Source: Octopus vulgaris (taxonomy: Eukaryota). From it: a stretch of DNA of 64,000 bases. This document shows, one piece after another, positions 25,061 through 37,429 of this stretch (its first letter is position 1; each line of letters starts with the position of its first letter). The position numbers and the translations under genes are program-made. The notes beneath the pieces are model-generated. The model searched no databases. It was not told where the DNA came from and saw nothing but the letters and a program-made list of their open reading frames with translations. Location of the stretch: assembly GCA_951406725.2 (NCBI GenBank), contig OX597823.1, positions 62,682,001-62,746,000 of the forward strand, written 5' to 3'.

Positions 25061-26126
25061 AGCAAACTCAGTATATGCACCCCTCCCTTACCTACTGTTT
25101 TTTTGAGCACATATCAGTCTACTCATTCATGACTCATTCTATAACCTTACATTACACCATCATCTATTCTTCTAATTGCGGTGTTTATTTTCTACCATCT
25201 CATCTTCCCATCCTCCTTGTTATTCCCTCCATTACCATTCACTTACAATAAATCTGTTCCTTCCATCACTTTGGAAGGGCTGGGGCTTCTATGTGAAGCG
25301 GGTGCAGGAAACAGCCATGAACTCAGATTATTTGTCGGGTCTTCGCAGTCACAGCATATCACCAGAGGTCTTGGTCTTTCGTCATTGCCTCTGTGAGACC
25401 CAACATTCGAAGGTCATGCTTGACCGACTCATCCCATGTCTTCCTGGGTCTACCTCTACCCTGGATTCCTTCAACTGTTTGGGAGTGGCACTTCTTCACA
25501 CATCTCTCCTCATCCATCCGTAGCACACTCTTTCACATTACAAGTTGCAAGGTTACATCGATGGCACTGGTGCCACAACAACACCCCATACATTCTGTCA
25601 GTGATTGGTAATTGATTCATGAAGCAACAATGCAGGGTTTGAGATGGATGTTTAGTTTTGCTGATAGTAAGGCAACATCAATAGTGCTGGTGCCACAAAA
25701 AACTGTACCCAATACATTCTATAAAGTAGGTGATATCAAGGCATACTGACATTGAAACCATGCCAAGAGTGAGACATTGGTAGATGTGGTTAAACTGTCC
25801 GACCATGCTAACATAGAAAACGGATGAAAAATAATGATAGGTTTCACGTTCAATACCACTGCATGATAACTTGGACAAGTATCTTGTACAATAGCCTCGT
25901 TGATAGATGTTAGCTGAAAGCAGCCTGTTATAATTGTGCGTGTTTTGTGGTGGTGGCACCACCACCAGCTGGCAGCCAGTGTTAGTTGGTTTACATCGCC
26001 ATAACTGAACAGTTTGGCAAAAGAAAACAAAGTACCAGGCTAAAAAATAAGTACTGAGATCAATTTCTTCCACTAAGACATTGAAAGCAGTGCCCCAGCA
26101 TAGTCATAGTCCATTACATATATATA

Positions 26127-27330
26127 TCATCATCGTTTAACGTCCGTTTTCCATGCTGGCATGGGTTGGACGGTTCGACTGGGGTCTGGGAAGCTAAGAG
26201 GCTGCACCAGGCTCCAGTCTGATCTGGCAGTGTTTCTACAGCTGGATGCCCTTCCTAACGCCAACCACTCCATGAGTGTAGTGGGTGCTTTTTACGTGCC
26301 ACCGACACAGGTGCCAAGGGAGGCTGGCAACAGCCACAATCAGTTGGTGCTTTTTACGTGCCACCAGCACGGAAGCCACTCAAAACGGCACTGGCATCGG
26401 CCATGTAGGGATGGTGCATTTTACGAGCCACCGGCACAGGTATCACAGCTACAATTTCCATTTGATTTTTGATGTTGATGTACTTGACTCAACAGGTCTC
26501 GTCAAGCACAGCAGGTCACCCTACGGTACAAGGTAAGTACAGCAGGCCGTCATGCGATTCAAGGCACTTTGGAAGGGCTGGGGCTTCTATGTGAAGCGGG
26601 TGCAGGAAACAGCCATGAACTCAGATTATTTGTCGGGTCTTCGCAGTCACAGCATATCTCCAGAGGTCTTGGTCTTTCGTCATTGCCTCTGTGAGACCCA
26701 ACATTCGAAGGTCATGCTTGACCACCACATCTCATGTCTTCCTGGGTCTACCTCTACCCGGGATTCCTTCAACTGTTTGGGAGTGGCACTTCTTCACACA
26801 TCTCTCCTCATCCATCCGTAGTACATGACCATTCCAGCGCAGACGTCTCTCTTGCACACCACATCCAATGCTTCTTATGTCCAGCATTTCTCTCAGGGCA
26901 CTTACACTGTTGTGTATGCACACTGACATTACACATCCAGCGGATCATGCTAGCTTCATTTCTTTCAAGCCTACACGTCTTCTGCAGTCACAGCCCATGT
27001 TTCACTAACGTGAAGCATGGCAGTTCGCACACATGCATCATACAATCTACCTTTCACTCTGAGTGAGAGACCCTTTGTCACCAGTAGGGGTAGGAGCTTT
27101 CTAAACTTTGCCCAGGCTATTCTTATTCTAGTGGTAACACTCTCTGAGCATTCACTCCCACTACTAACTTGGTCACCTAGGTAGTGGAAGCTATCAACTA
27201 CTTCTAGTTTCTACCCCTGGAGTGTGATGGAATCTGTTTTCTGAGTATCAGTGGTGTCTATTGCCCCTGTGCATCTGCTGCACATGAAAGCTATCTTCTT
27301 GGTTAATTTTCCTTTGATGGTGCTGCACCG
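26127..27330 (-). mobile_element. RTE LINE 3' part (a near-identical 260-bp piece also at 25266-25525)
   Basis: RRLRWNGHVLRMDEERCVKKC...GRGRPRKT plus tail. Confidence 0.9.
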
Positions 27331-27359
27331 TGTGTGTGTATATATATGTGTGTGTGCGT

Positions 27360-28212
27360 AGTTGAAATTTACAATAAAAACATAACAAAAGACAAAAGAC
27401 GGGTGTGTAAACAACAAACAGATGTATTAGTTTAATGCTCGGGAAGTGAGAAAGTCTTTTATGTTTCAAGCCTATGCTCTTCAAGAGAGAAAGGAACAGA
27501 GAAATAAGCAGAGAGAGAAAATAAAAATGGTTTAGTAACTAGCAATCAATCAAGGCGAATGCCAGACACGGGTGGCCAGACAGGAGAGCTAGGAAGAAGG
27601 TGAGATAAATAAAAGTGGTGGTGTCCCAAAACGAAGGTGTGCATGCATATGTGAGAGCATGTATGCACGTATGGATAGGGGCTGGTGACCATGACGTTTG
27701 CAAGTGTAGGTGTGTGGATGATGGTGTGGATGCTGGGAAGTAGTCAGTGTTAGTGTGTACAGGGTGGTGTGGTATGGGGGTGTGACAAGATTTGTTGTGG
27801 TGTTGGGGTAGGGGGCGAGGGTGGAGGTGGGGGCTGTGTGGTATAGGGTGGGTGGGATGTATAGGGATGGTAGGGTAAGAATATGTAGGAGTAGGGTCAC
27901 GATGGAGGGGGTGACAATGAAAAGAGAGGGTGAAAGGAAGAGGGTAGGAGTGAAGAGAGGAAGTAGGTGTCAGAGCAAGAGAGGAGAGGTGGGTGGGAGT
28001 GAAGGAGGGTAGGTGTGAGAAGGAGAGAGGGGGGTTAGATGAAGAGGGGAGGAGAGTTGATCCCATGTGGCACAAATGAGCAAAGAGAGATGTTAATTCC
28101 TGTTCACAGCAAAGACGGGAGTCCGGATGGTCCCTGTGCAAGGACAATCCAAACACAGACAGGTGTTGTAAAGAATGACTGGTAGAGCAGAAATGGCACG
28201 AGACCAGGGTGA
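27360..28212 (-). mobile_element. Penelope-like 3' end (GIY-YIG C-terminus plus pseudo-LTR with degenerate hammerhead)
   Basis: Minus strand reads VSCHFCSTSHSLQHLSVFGLSLH...EQEL...PHGINS, then a pyrimidine tract and GAAGAGCATAGGCTTGAAAC. Confidence 0.7.
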
Positions 28213-28536
28213 TACATATATGTGTGTGTATATATATATATATATATAATGTAGCACCATCCGATCATGGCTGTTGCCAGTCTCGACTGGCCCCCGTGCC
28301 GGCGGCACATAAAACGCACCATCTGACCGTGGCCGTTTGCCAGCCCTGTCTGGCACGTAAAAAACACCCACTACACTCACAGAGTGGTTGGCATTAGGAA
28401 GGGCATCCAGTCGTAGAAACATTGCCAGATCAGACTGGGCCTGGTGCAGCCTTCTGGCTTCCTAGACCCCAGTTGAACCATCCAACCCATGCTAGCAAAG
28501 AAAGCGAACACTAAATGAAGATGATGATGATGAATG

Positions 28537-28564
<28 letters not shown>

Positions 28565-28568
<4 letters not shown>

Positions 28569-29188
28569 GACATGCAGGAAGTAAATAGACACTTTTAATT
28601 TTCAAAATTTCTCATCTAAGCGTCTTAATATGTTTTCAGCAGTGTAAAATTTGCAACGTAATTATTCTTTTTCATTCCAGGTGCCATTATATTAAACATT
28701 TGCGAAGAGTAACCATGCCACGCACAAAAAATTCAGCAGAACTGTCAGATTTTCAAAGAGGTCGTATTGTTGAGCAATCTGAGGCTGACCGTAGCGAAAA
28801 ATTGCCTAAAATCTTCAAATTCCTCTTGCTAATGTTAATAGAATTATAGTGCAAATCAAAAGCCAAGGAAAAGAATCAACAGATTCTCGTCCCAGCCAAC
28901 CTGAGCCCTCCAAAAGGAAGCTTCGCTGTTTGAAGGGAATTGTGGAAAACGAACCCTGTTCAAAGACTTCTGACATTGCAAAACAGCTAGAAGTTAGTCT
29001 GGCATTGCAAAACATCTAGAAGTTAGTCTGACATTGCAAAACAGCTAGAAGTTAGTCCAAGAACGTGTGCTACATATTTGCATAGGGTTGGGTATTTTGG
29101 ATGAGCAGCTAGAAAACCTCTCCTTCAAACAATATCAAATAAAAGATTTGAAAATTACAGGTGTCTATTCACTTCCTGCATGTCTGTG
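28565..29188 (+). mobile_element. Internally deleted Tc1-like transposon
   Basis: 28-bp TIRs CACAGACATGCAGGAAGT.AATAGACAC; MPRTKNSAELSDFQRGRIV transposase N-terminus; internal 29-bp triplication at ~28969-29057. Confidence 0.9.
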
Positions 29189-29198
29189 TATATATATA

Positions 29199-29229
<31 letters not shown>

Positions 29230-29278
29230 ATGTATGTATGTATGTGTGTGTGTGTGTATATATATATATAATGTGTGT

Positions 29279-29560
29279 AGTCCTGCGTGGCATCTTGGGT
29301 AAGTGTCCTCTGCTATAGCCGACCAAAACCTTGTGAGTGAATTTAGTAGACGGAAACTGAAAGAAGCCCGTCGTATGTGTCTGTCCCCCATTATCGCTTG
29401 ACTACCGATGTTGGTGTGTTTACATCCCTGTAATTTATCAGTTCGACACTAGAGACCGATAGAATAAGTACTAGGCTTACAAAGAATAAATCCTAGGGTC
29501 GATTTGTTCAACTAAAGGCGGTGCTCCAGCATGGCCGCAGTCAAACGACTGAAGCAAAGA
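29279..29560 (+). mobile_element. SINE family A, 5'-truncated
   Basis: Match to 6496-6905. Confidence 0.85.
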
Positions 29561-29625
29561 AAAAACGAAAGGAAAAAACACACATATATATAATGTATAT
29601 ATACACACATTATATATATATAAGG

Positions 29626-29657
<32 letters not shown>

Positions 29658-29816
29658 TATATAATGTATATATAGATATATATACGTTATATATATATAT
29701 ATATACATTATATATAAATACATTTTATATACATATAATATATATATATATACATATATATATAATATACATATATACACATTATATATACATACACATG
29801 AAATATATATATATGC

Positions 29817-29854
<38 letters not shown>

Positions 29855-29869
29855 TTATTTACATCCAGT

Positions 29870-30237
29870 GTGTTACCTTTACCGCGCTATACTTTAGTGT
29901 ACTTTTTCGGGATATATGATCCACGGAGGACATAAATGCTTTATACACACAAAATATATAACACATACATATAGTAATACATAAATATACGTACTTTATA
30001 TAAACACATATGTATAACGAAACCATGTGTATATGTCATATATGTATCCACATAGTCACATATTCATATACTTATGTATGGTACTTTATATATATAAATA
30101 TAACCCTATCATCATGCTTGATAAATTATACTAAATAACAAAAGGATGTGACTTTGGATTCGAACACGCAATGGATTTATGAAATAATACCTAGAAATAT
30201 CTTGCTTCATAAATACAATTACATAATATATAAAATA

Positions 30238-30274
<37 letters not shown>

Positions 30275-32480
30275 CTATATATATATATATTCACTATCTC
30301 GGTGTTATTTGCTTATTCCCAATGCAGTTAACTATTATCGAGTAGATCTATAATCAAATGCCTTCCAACCGTAACAATCCCGTCTTTCAAAGTTGTACGT
30401 CAGACTACATTATGTGGTGAATCTGTTCAGTGGATAGAGTGTTATTCTTAGGGAAATATCGTTGTTATTTCTAACAAGTGAAGCGATCAGTAAAGGATTC
30501 CTTGTCGAGTCGACCATCTGTGTTTCTCCATTGGTCAGGTATGGAGTAGTGCGAGCCTGTTCTGAACCCGCAGTGAGCTATCTCGTATAAACAACCGAGA
30601 AAAAATACATGCAGATAACCATACGTACTGAATTACACGTCTATCTACATGAATAAAAGATCGCGATACTGGGAAAATATTGGAATATTTTTTAATCCTT
30701 TCTTTATAGTTATTTTATACACCATAACCTTTTATGCAAATGAAGTAAGCGCGGAATGTAAAGAGTACAGGTTATTTGACGATATAAAAGATTTAAATTT
30801 AATCTCCCATGCATTCTTCCGTTTCAAATAAAGTGTGGAAAATCGCAACGATTTGCGATACATTTACTTACTGTGTGAGATTTTCGAGGCTTTTGTTAAA
30901 AATAATAGTCAATCCGTATCAGTTCCGAGCAAATGGCGGAGCAAAACATCCCATAATTCAGAAAAACGTCATAAACAAAGAGGAGACAACTTGAGTGTAA
31001 CATTTTATTATAGTAAAATACTTGCTTGGTTAGTGACAGGGGAAGATAATTTGTCTTAAGTATAAACATTAATCCACAACAAGGTGTCCCACCGTTGCTA
31101 AGGATGCCTAATGTCAAAGAATAAATAATAAGACCATCATATATACTAGCAGTGTCTTTTTTTTCTCCTTTGTGATAGCTTAAATCTCAACGTGTTTTCA
31201 TATATGAAAAAGTAGTGTCTTAAAAGCAACACAAGGACTGTGTGTTTTTTATATATGATAAAGGAATATATTAGAACATTGCAAGGACTGTTTTTGTTAA
31301 CGTCAATTATATTTTATCACATTCTCTATAGAACCAAAATATTCTCTTTTTTTCTTTTTCATATCCTGCTTTTTCATATACGAAAACCTACTGAGAGTCT
31401 TAGCTATAACAAAAGAAAGAGAACCAAATAAGATTCAAAAATGATGGTTAAAATTTTACGCCACTAAAATTTTTTTTAGTTTAAGAATGAACACTTGATT
31501 TTAACGTCGACACAAAGGAATTGTCGAATATCGAACTCGTACTCTCTTTTATCCACCGTGGAAGGATAAAATCTGACGTTAACATCGGCGAAATTTGCAT
31601 TGTCTTAAATGTTACAAGGTGCTTCTTTCCTATTATAACCAGTGGAATAATTTTCGTGCAACATGTAATACTTTCAAATCAAAACACGAGTAACTACAGT
31701 TTGGTGCTCCGCAGATTTTGTTTTCTCATAACTTTATTAATAATTAATATTTTGTAATGAAATTTTGCAGAGATACGTTTTCGAAGATATACATGATGAA
31801 TTTACAATATATTTTCTACTTGTACTGTAGTAAGCTATATGTAAATTGAGATTTTTATTTATCGTTCCTTCGAATTTTATGCTGATAAAATCGTGTACAA
31901 TAATCATAAATCGTTATTGAATAATGAAACGGTTTTAGGCGCATATTTCCCGCAATTGTGTGTACCTTCTACAAAGTTCTGACGAAACGAAGTCGATGGA
32001 ACAATTAATGTAGTTACACAAATCAAATTCCATTTAAGAACTATTTTAATTTATTAAAAGATATAGTTATGCACATAGTGCACAATTTCGAAGTATAAAG
32101 AGTGAAAATCCGGAAATGACGACTATAAAATCAGAAGGAAGCGAAAGTGATAATATACAAACATGTACACCAATGTATACAAAACTTATTTAGTGTTATG
32201 TGGTCATCACACTAGTAGTGGTTTTCTCATGCCTACACTTATATATAAATACAGGTGGACATGTATATATAAAAGGAATACAGACAAAATAATGTACTAT
32301 CACACGCACGTGTTTTCCTTCTCTTATATGTATATGCACACATACATATTAGATTATAACCCTATCTACATAGTATAGTTGCATAGATGTGTACATCTGT
32401 ATAGTTAACAAGCTTGCTTCGCAATCGCCAAGTTTCGAATTTGATTTTACTTCTGGCAGCTTATGCAGTTGTGTGTTTTT
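29870..32480. promoter_or_regulatory. CpG-retaining, repeat-poor promoter-like island
   Basis: CpG is visibly more frequent than in the flanks. YY1-like AAATGGCGG (30931), E2F-like TTTCCCGC (31946-31953), ETS/CRE-like CCGGAAATGACG (32110-32121) followed by TATAAAA. Confidence 0.5.
30872..30960 (-). other. Putative non-coding first exon of the AT-hook gene (5' boundary approximate), implying a ~21-kb first intron
   Basis: Consensus donor gtaagt at 30871-30866 on minus, inside a CpG-retaining island, next to a YY1-like AAATGGCGG at 30931-30939. Confidence 0.4.
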
Positions 32481-32802
32481 TGGGGTTTTTTTTTTCCTTG
32501 TAACTTTGACCCGACCTAAACCTTGAGTGAAATTCGGGAGATGGAAACCGAGTGGTGATCAGTCTGATATACTGTACCACCGCTAATTCAAAGGCTAACC
32601 TTGCCACATACCGTGTCATGCTGATTCTGCCTTAAGCTAATTCAATGAGTAGTTAACTCATGATTGCACAGCTCAAAACTCATTATCGAAGCTGATGGAG
32701 ACCAGTTAATTTTAGGGGCTGTTTTTAAATATATACGTGTACTTTTACAGCAAAATACATCTACAAACTGTGCGTACACACACACACACATACATATATA
32801 TA

Positions 32803-33245
32803 TCATCAGCATCATTTAGCGTCCGCTTTCCATGCTGACATGGATTAGACGGTTCGACTGGAAATGGTAAACCGGAGAGCTGTACCAGGTTCCAGTCTGA
32901 TTTGGCGTGGTTTCTACGGTTGAATACCTTTCCTAACGCCAACCACTCCAAGAGTGTAGTAGGTGCCTTTTACGTGTCACCGGCACTGGCCACAACTACT
33001 ATTTCACTTGGCTTGAGTCTTCTCAAGCACAGCAAATCGCCAAAGGTCTCAATCACTTGTCATCGCCTCCGTTAGACCCAACATTCGAACATCATGCTTC
33101 ACCACCTCGTCCTGGCTCCACCCCTTCAACAGGTTCCCTCCACAGTTAGAGATTGGCACTTTTTTATGCAGCTGTCGACGTCCATACGCATCATATGATT
33201 ATACCAGCGCAGTCGTTTCTCTTGCACACCACATCTGATGCCTCA
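32803..33245 (-). mobile_element. RTE 3' end
   Basis: RT C-terminal remnant plus the shared tail. Confidence 0.8.
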
Positions 33246-33889
33246 TTCCATATGTGTGTGTGTGTAAACCTTACATCATACAAATGAGTATTCCTGCAAC
33301 AGAAACATATGCAACTGGTTTCATACTCAATTTTATTTGCCATAATTCAGCAAAAAAAAACGTAATTTATGAAAATAAGCAGTAAGAAAATAAAGAAGAA
33401 AAAAAGACGGAAATCAGTGAAAGCATAATCAACATAGAAGTATACACACTCTAAATTAAACATATGTCAAAGAAAACTCCTGTGTCCCTCTACATGCAAT
33501 TAGTTGTGTGAGAAGTAGGGGACATAACTAGTTTTTTCTATATGGCTCGAGATGGAGAAAGAACAAGTTAGAGACAAGGGTTGAGGTGAAATAGGAAAAT
33601 GTTATCACGCTTATTAATATCTAAGGGTAAGGAAGAGCCTTGAGGATACATTAGATTTTTCTTTGTGTTTACAAATGAAATAGAACCGTAATATTAAGGT
33701 AAATCCACAGAGAGAGATGGCTGAACTGGTGAATTTTATAGTAGAAAATAGAGGTGCCACGCAGTGGAACTGAACACGGAGCCATGTGGTTGGGAATTGA
33801 ACGTCTTACTACACAGCCACGTCTGTTTAAGATGTGTAGCTTCAGTACACACTAAGAATGTATAGAAAATAGACTTCCTCGAGTGTTTA

Positions 33890-35182
33890 GGAGGATCCTT
33901 AGAAGTAGAAGATAGCTTCTTTCACCTAAGTGACCAAGCTAGCAGCAGAGGTGGAAGCTCTGAAAGTGTAGTTGCTAGAATACGAACAGGCTGGGCAAAG
34001 TTCAGAGAGCTACTACCTTTGTCTGCAACAAAGGGCCTCTCCCTTAAAGTGAAAGGCAGATTGTATGATGCCTGTGTATGAACAGCTGTGCTGCATAGCA
34101 ATGAAACATGGTCTATGAATACAGAGGACATATGAAGGCTTGAAAGAAATGAAGTCAGCATACTCTGCTGGATGTGCAATGTCAGTGTGCATGTACGACA
34201 GAGTGTAAAGGATTTAAGAGAAAGATTGGGTACTAAAGGCATCAGATGATGTGTACAAGAGAGAAGACTCCACTGGTATGGTCATTTTTACTGTGTGTGG
34301 ATGAGGACAGCTGTATAAAGAAGTGGCAATCTCTAATTGTGTAGGGAACCTGTGGAAGGAATAGACTTAGGAAAATGTGAGAAATGATCTTCAGTTGTTT
34401 AGCCTCCCAGAGGAGATGACAAGGAACCATCCATACATACAGGCATGTCCTTTACAAACATGCACCTGATTCCACATAATCTGTCCTCTGTCAAAACACC
34501 TCTACAACCCATTTTCCCAATATTCCTCCTATTACACTACCTATAATCACCACCTACTGCAGGCCTCTCCACACTTCCCATGTGCCTCTCTGCACACTCT
34601 CCATGCTCTAACATCTACCATACGTCATTCCAAGCCACTCTATTTTCTCTCATCACTTGCTACAGCTATGTCTTCCCCATCTCTAAATATTTCCCCTCAC
34701 ACTTTTATGGAACATACTCTCTCTCTCTCTCTCCTCTGTACTATCTATATTTACTTCACTATTTCTTGTAGGCACATCTCCAAAACCATCTATTTCTCTA
34801 TCTTTCTAACTTTCTCTCCTCTTCCTCCCCTTCCTTGTCCTTCTAGGGTATCCAAGTATCTCCTCTGTGGTAAGACAACTATCTCTGTCCCTCTATTATA
34901 CTCTAACCTCTCACCTGGCTCACTGCCACTTCTTTCAGTTTCATCCCATCTCTCAGCTGAGCGGGCTTTGTCTTGCAAGCTACTTGGTGACACCACTGGT
35001 GCTGGTGCCATGTAAAAAGCACTCAGTTCACTCTGTAAAGTAGCTGGCATTAGGAAGGGCATCCAGCCATAGAAACCATACCAAAGCAGACAATTGAAAG
35101 CTGGTGCAGCTCTATGGCTGGCCAGCTCCTGTTAAACTGTTTAACCCCTATCAGCATGGAATACAGACATTAAATGATGATG
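33890..35182 (+). mobile_element. RTE LINE 3' part with long pyrimidine-rich 3'UTR
   Basis: SVVARIRTGWAKFRELLPL...SLKVKGRLYDACV; (GAT) tail. Confidence 0.85.
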
Positions 35183-35314
35183 CATTTCAGTTAAACAAAA
35201 ACCACTTTGATATGTCATTTCGTTTGTGGCTATGGCTTAATAAAGAGTTTTATTGTGTTTTTCTTTATTACAAGATAGGGTTCTATTGTAATAATCCATC
35301 TTGAATTGATTATT

Positions 35315-35725
35315 CCTGAGAAATGTGGTAAATTATCCTCTCAATAACAGTTCTCGCAACTTCATACAAGTACATTCATACAGGAGAGAAGCTACATCAC
35401 TTTAATATCCATGGTAGATCATTCTTTATAGATTATAATTTAACTATTCATAAATATATTCATGCAGGAGACCATATCACTGTGATATCTGTGGTAAACT
35501 ATGTTGCTGAAAACAGTAATATAACTACTCACTAACAGGAGAGAAATTATATCACTGTGATATGGCAAATCCTTTTCTTGGGATTGTAATTTAACTATTC
35601 ACAAGCATATTCATACGGAAGAAAACCGCTATTACTTTGATGTGTAAATCACTCCTAAAGTGGTAAAATGACTACTCACAAATATATTCAAGGAGAAAAA
35701 CCATATCATAGTGATATCAATGGTG
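35315..35725 (+). pseudogene. Degenerate tandem C2H2 zinc-finger array (about 4-5 fingers)
   Basis: Repeated ~80-nt units reading IHTGEK, PYHCDICGK, TGEKLYHCD, LTIHKHIHTEE and GEKPYHSDING, broken by frameshifts and stops. Confidence 0.85.
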
Positions 35726-36254
35726 TGACTTCTGTCTGGTTTGAATCATCATCAATATTTTTCATCATCATTTTAATTTCAGCTCATTGGTACCAAATGC
35801 CTGAGTCGTCTTGAAACAAATTCAAACCACTGGTCTGAGGTATATATGCAAATAGCATAAAATCCATTTGCTGATATGAAACAGTGCCACACAAGTGAAA
35901 CAAAATTAAAGTTTAAATTAGAAGCAGCTCTAAGAGTGTAAACATTACTGATGTCACATAATGAATGTGTTTTGTTTGTCACTTTTTAGCTGTGGGATTC
36001 ATCCAAAGAAAAGTCCCATTAAAACATCAAGTGTTAAAAAAGGACACTGAATATCTCAAACTAGCCACTTCCTTAACATACAATTGCCATTTTTGAAGTA
36101 TCCAAACAAAATTTCAAATTCCTTGTAAATAAGTCAATAAAGCAATCTGTAACAATTTATATTTAAAAAGAAGGAATTATCTATTCTGCCAAATGTAGAA
36201 TCTATTAGTAAAATATCTGAGCATATTTAAGGGAAAGAAAGAAAATAATTCTCA

Positions 36255-36712
36255 AGATATTTGACATAGTGATGTTCTCAAATTCCACCAAACAGGTAAT
36301 TATATGAAAACTGACTGGAAGAAGCTCATAAGTGGAAGCTTGCCAAATATCAGGAACTGGTAGAGAAACGTGGAAATCAGGGTTGGCAGGTGCAGGTATG
36401 TTGCAACGCAACTGAAGTGGGCTGTTGAAGTTTCTTGGGGCATTCATTCTGCAAAGCTCTGACCAGGCTTGGAATTACTGATGCAGCAGCAAAGAGGAGG
36501 GCTGTAGATGCAATCACTGAAGCTGCAGAGAAGGCCACTAGGTGGCTTTGGATAAAGAGGGCAGAGCAATGGTTTCCTATTATGAGATGCTAGTTGGAAC
36601 TTAGTCGACCCTGACAAAGTCGTGTGGATGAACAGGTCTGATGTTGAAAAACATGAAGCCCTCTGAGATCCCAGAAACATCACTGGTGATGCATCCCAGA
36701 GCATCCGTAAGA
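36255..36712 (+). mobile_element. HERO-type non-LTR retrotransposon 3' end with restriction-like endonuclease (RLE)
   Basis: DIVMFSNSTKQVII...EEAHKWKLAKYQELVE...GWQV...EVGC*SFLGHSFCKALTRLGI...AAEKATRWLWIKRAEQW, followed by a HERO-like 3'UTR. Confidence 0.8.
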
Positions 36713-37047
36713 TATATCTTAAAACAAAGACACTTGGTAAAAATGGCTGAAATCTCATATTTCTAACAATGGAATTTTGTTCTCTAAAGAAGTTGAAATT
36801 TGTTTCCATATGCAGAAACACTTTCTCAAAATATAACTAGTACTTTTAAAGCAGTCAAATTTGTAATCCTTTTTTAATTTCAAATATATGCTTTCAGGCA
36901 CCCCTACCACCCCACCATCCAATGCTGATTAAACCTCCTCAGTAACAAAAGTTATAACTACTTCTATAAAACTTTCTCAACATGGCAAGGAATTTATTTT
37001 GAGCAAATGCTTTATTCATTGTCAGCCTGCCCTTGATTCTTACCCTT

Positions 37048-37378
37048 TACTCTCTTTTACTTGTTTCAGTCATGTGACTGTTGCCATGCTGGAGCACCGC
37101 CTTTAGTCGAGCAAATCGACCCCAGGACTTATTCTTTGTAAGCCTAGTACTTATTCTATTGGTCTCTTTTGCCAAACCGCAAAGTTACGGGTACATAAAC
37201 ACACCAGGGACAGGGGGGGACAAACACAAACATATACACTACCAAATCCACTCACAAGGCTTTGGTCAGCCCGAGGCTATAGTAGAAGACACTTGCCCAA
37301 GGTGCCATGCAGTGGGACTGAACCAGGAACCATGTGGTTCGTGAGCAAGCTACTTACCACACAGCCAATCCTATGCCT
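37048..37378 (-). mobile_element. SINE family A
   Basis: Reverse-complement match to 6496-6905. Confidence 0.85.
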
Positions 37379-37429
37379 ATACATCTTCTACACATCTTAT
37401 GCATATGTCACATCAGGTACATTGTATTG

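Noticed and set aside
25266-25525. Local duplication of 26566-26825 as a functional repeat
   Set aside because: Both are pieces of the same young RTE subfamily 3' end.
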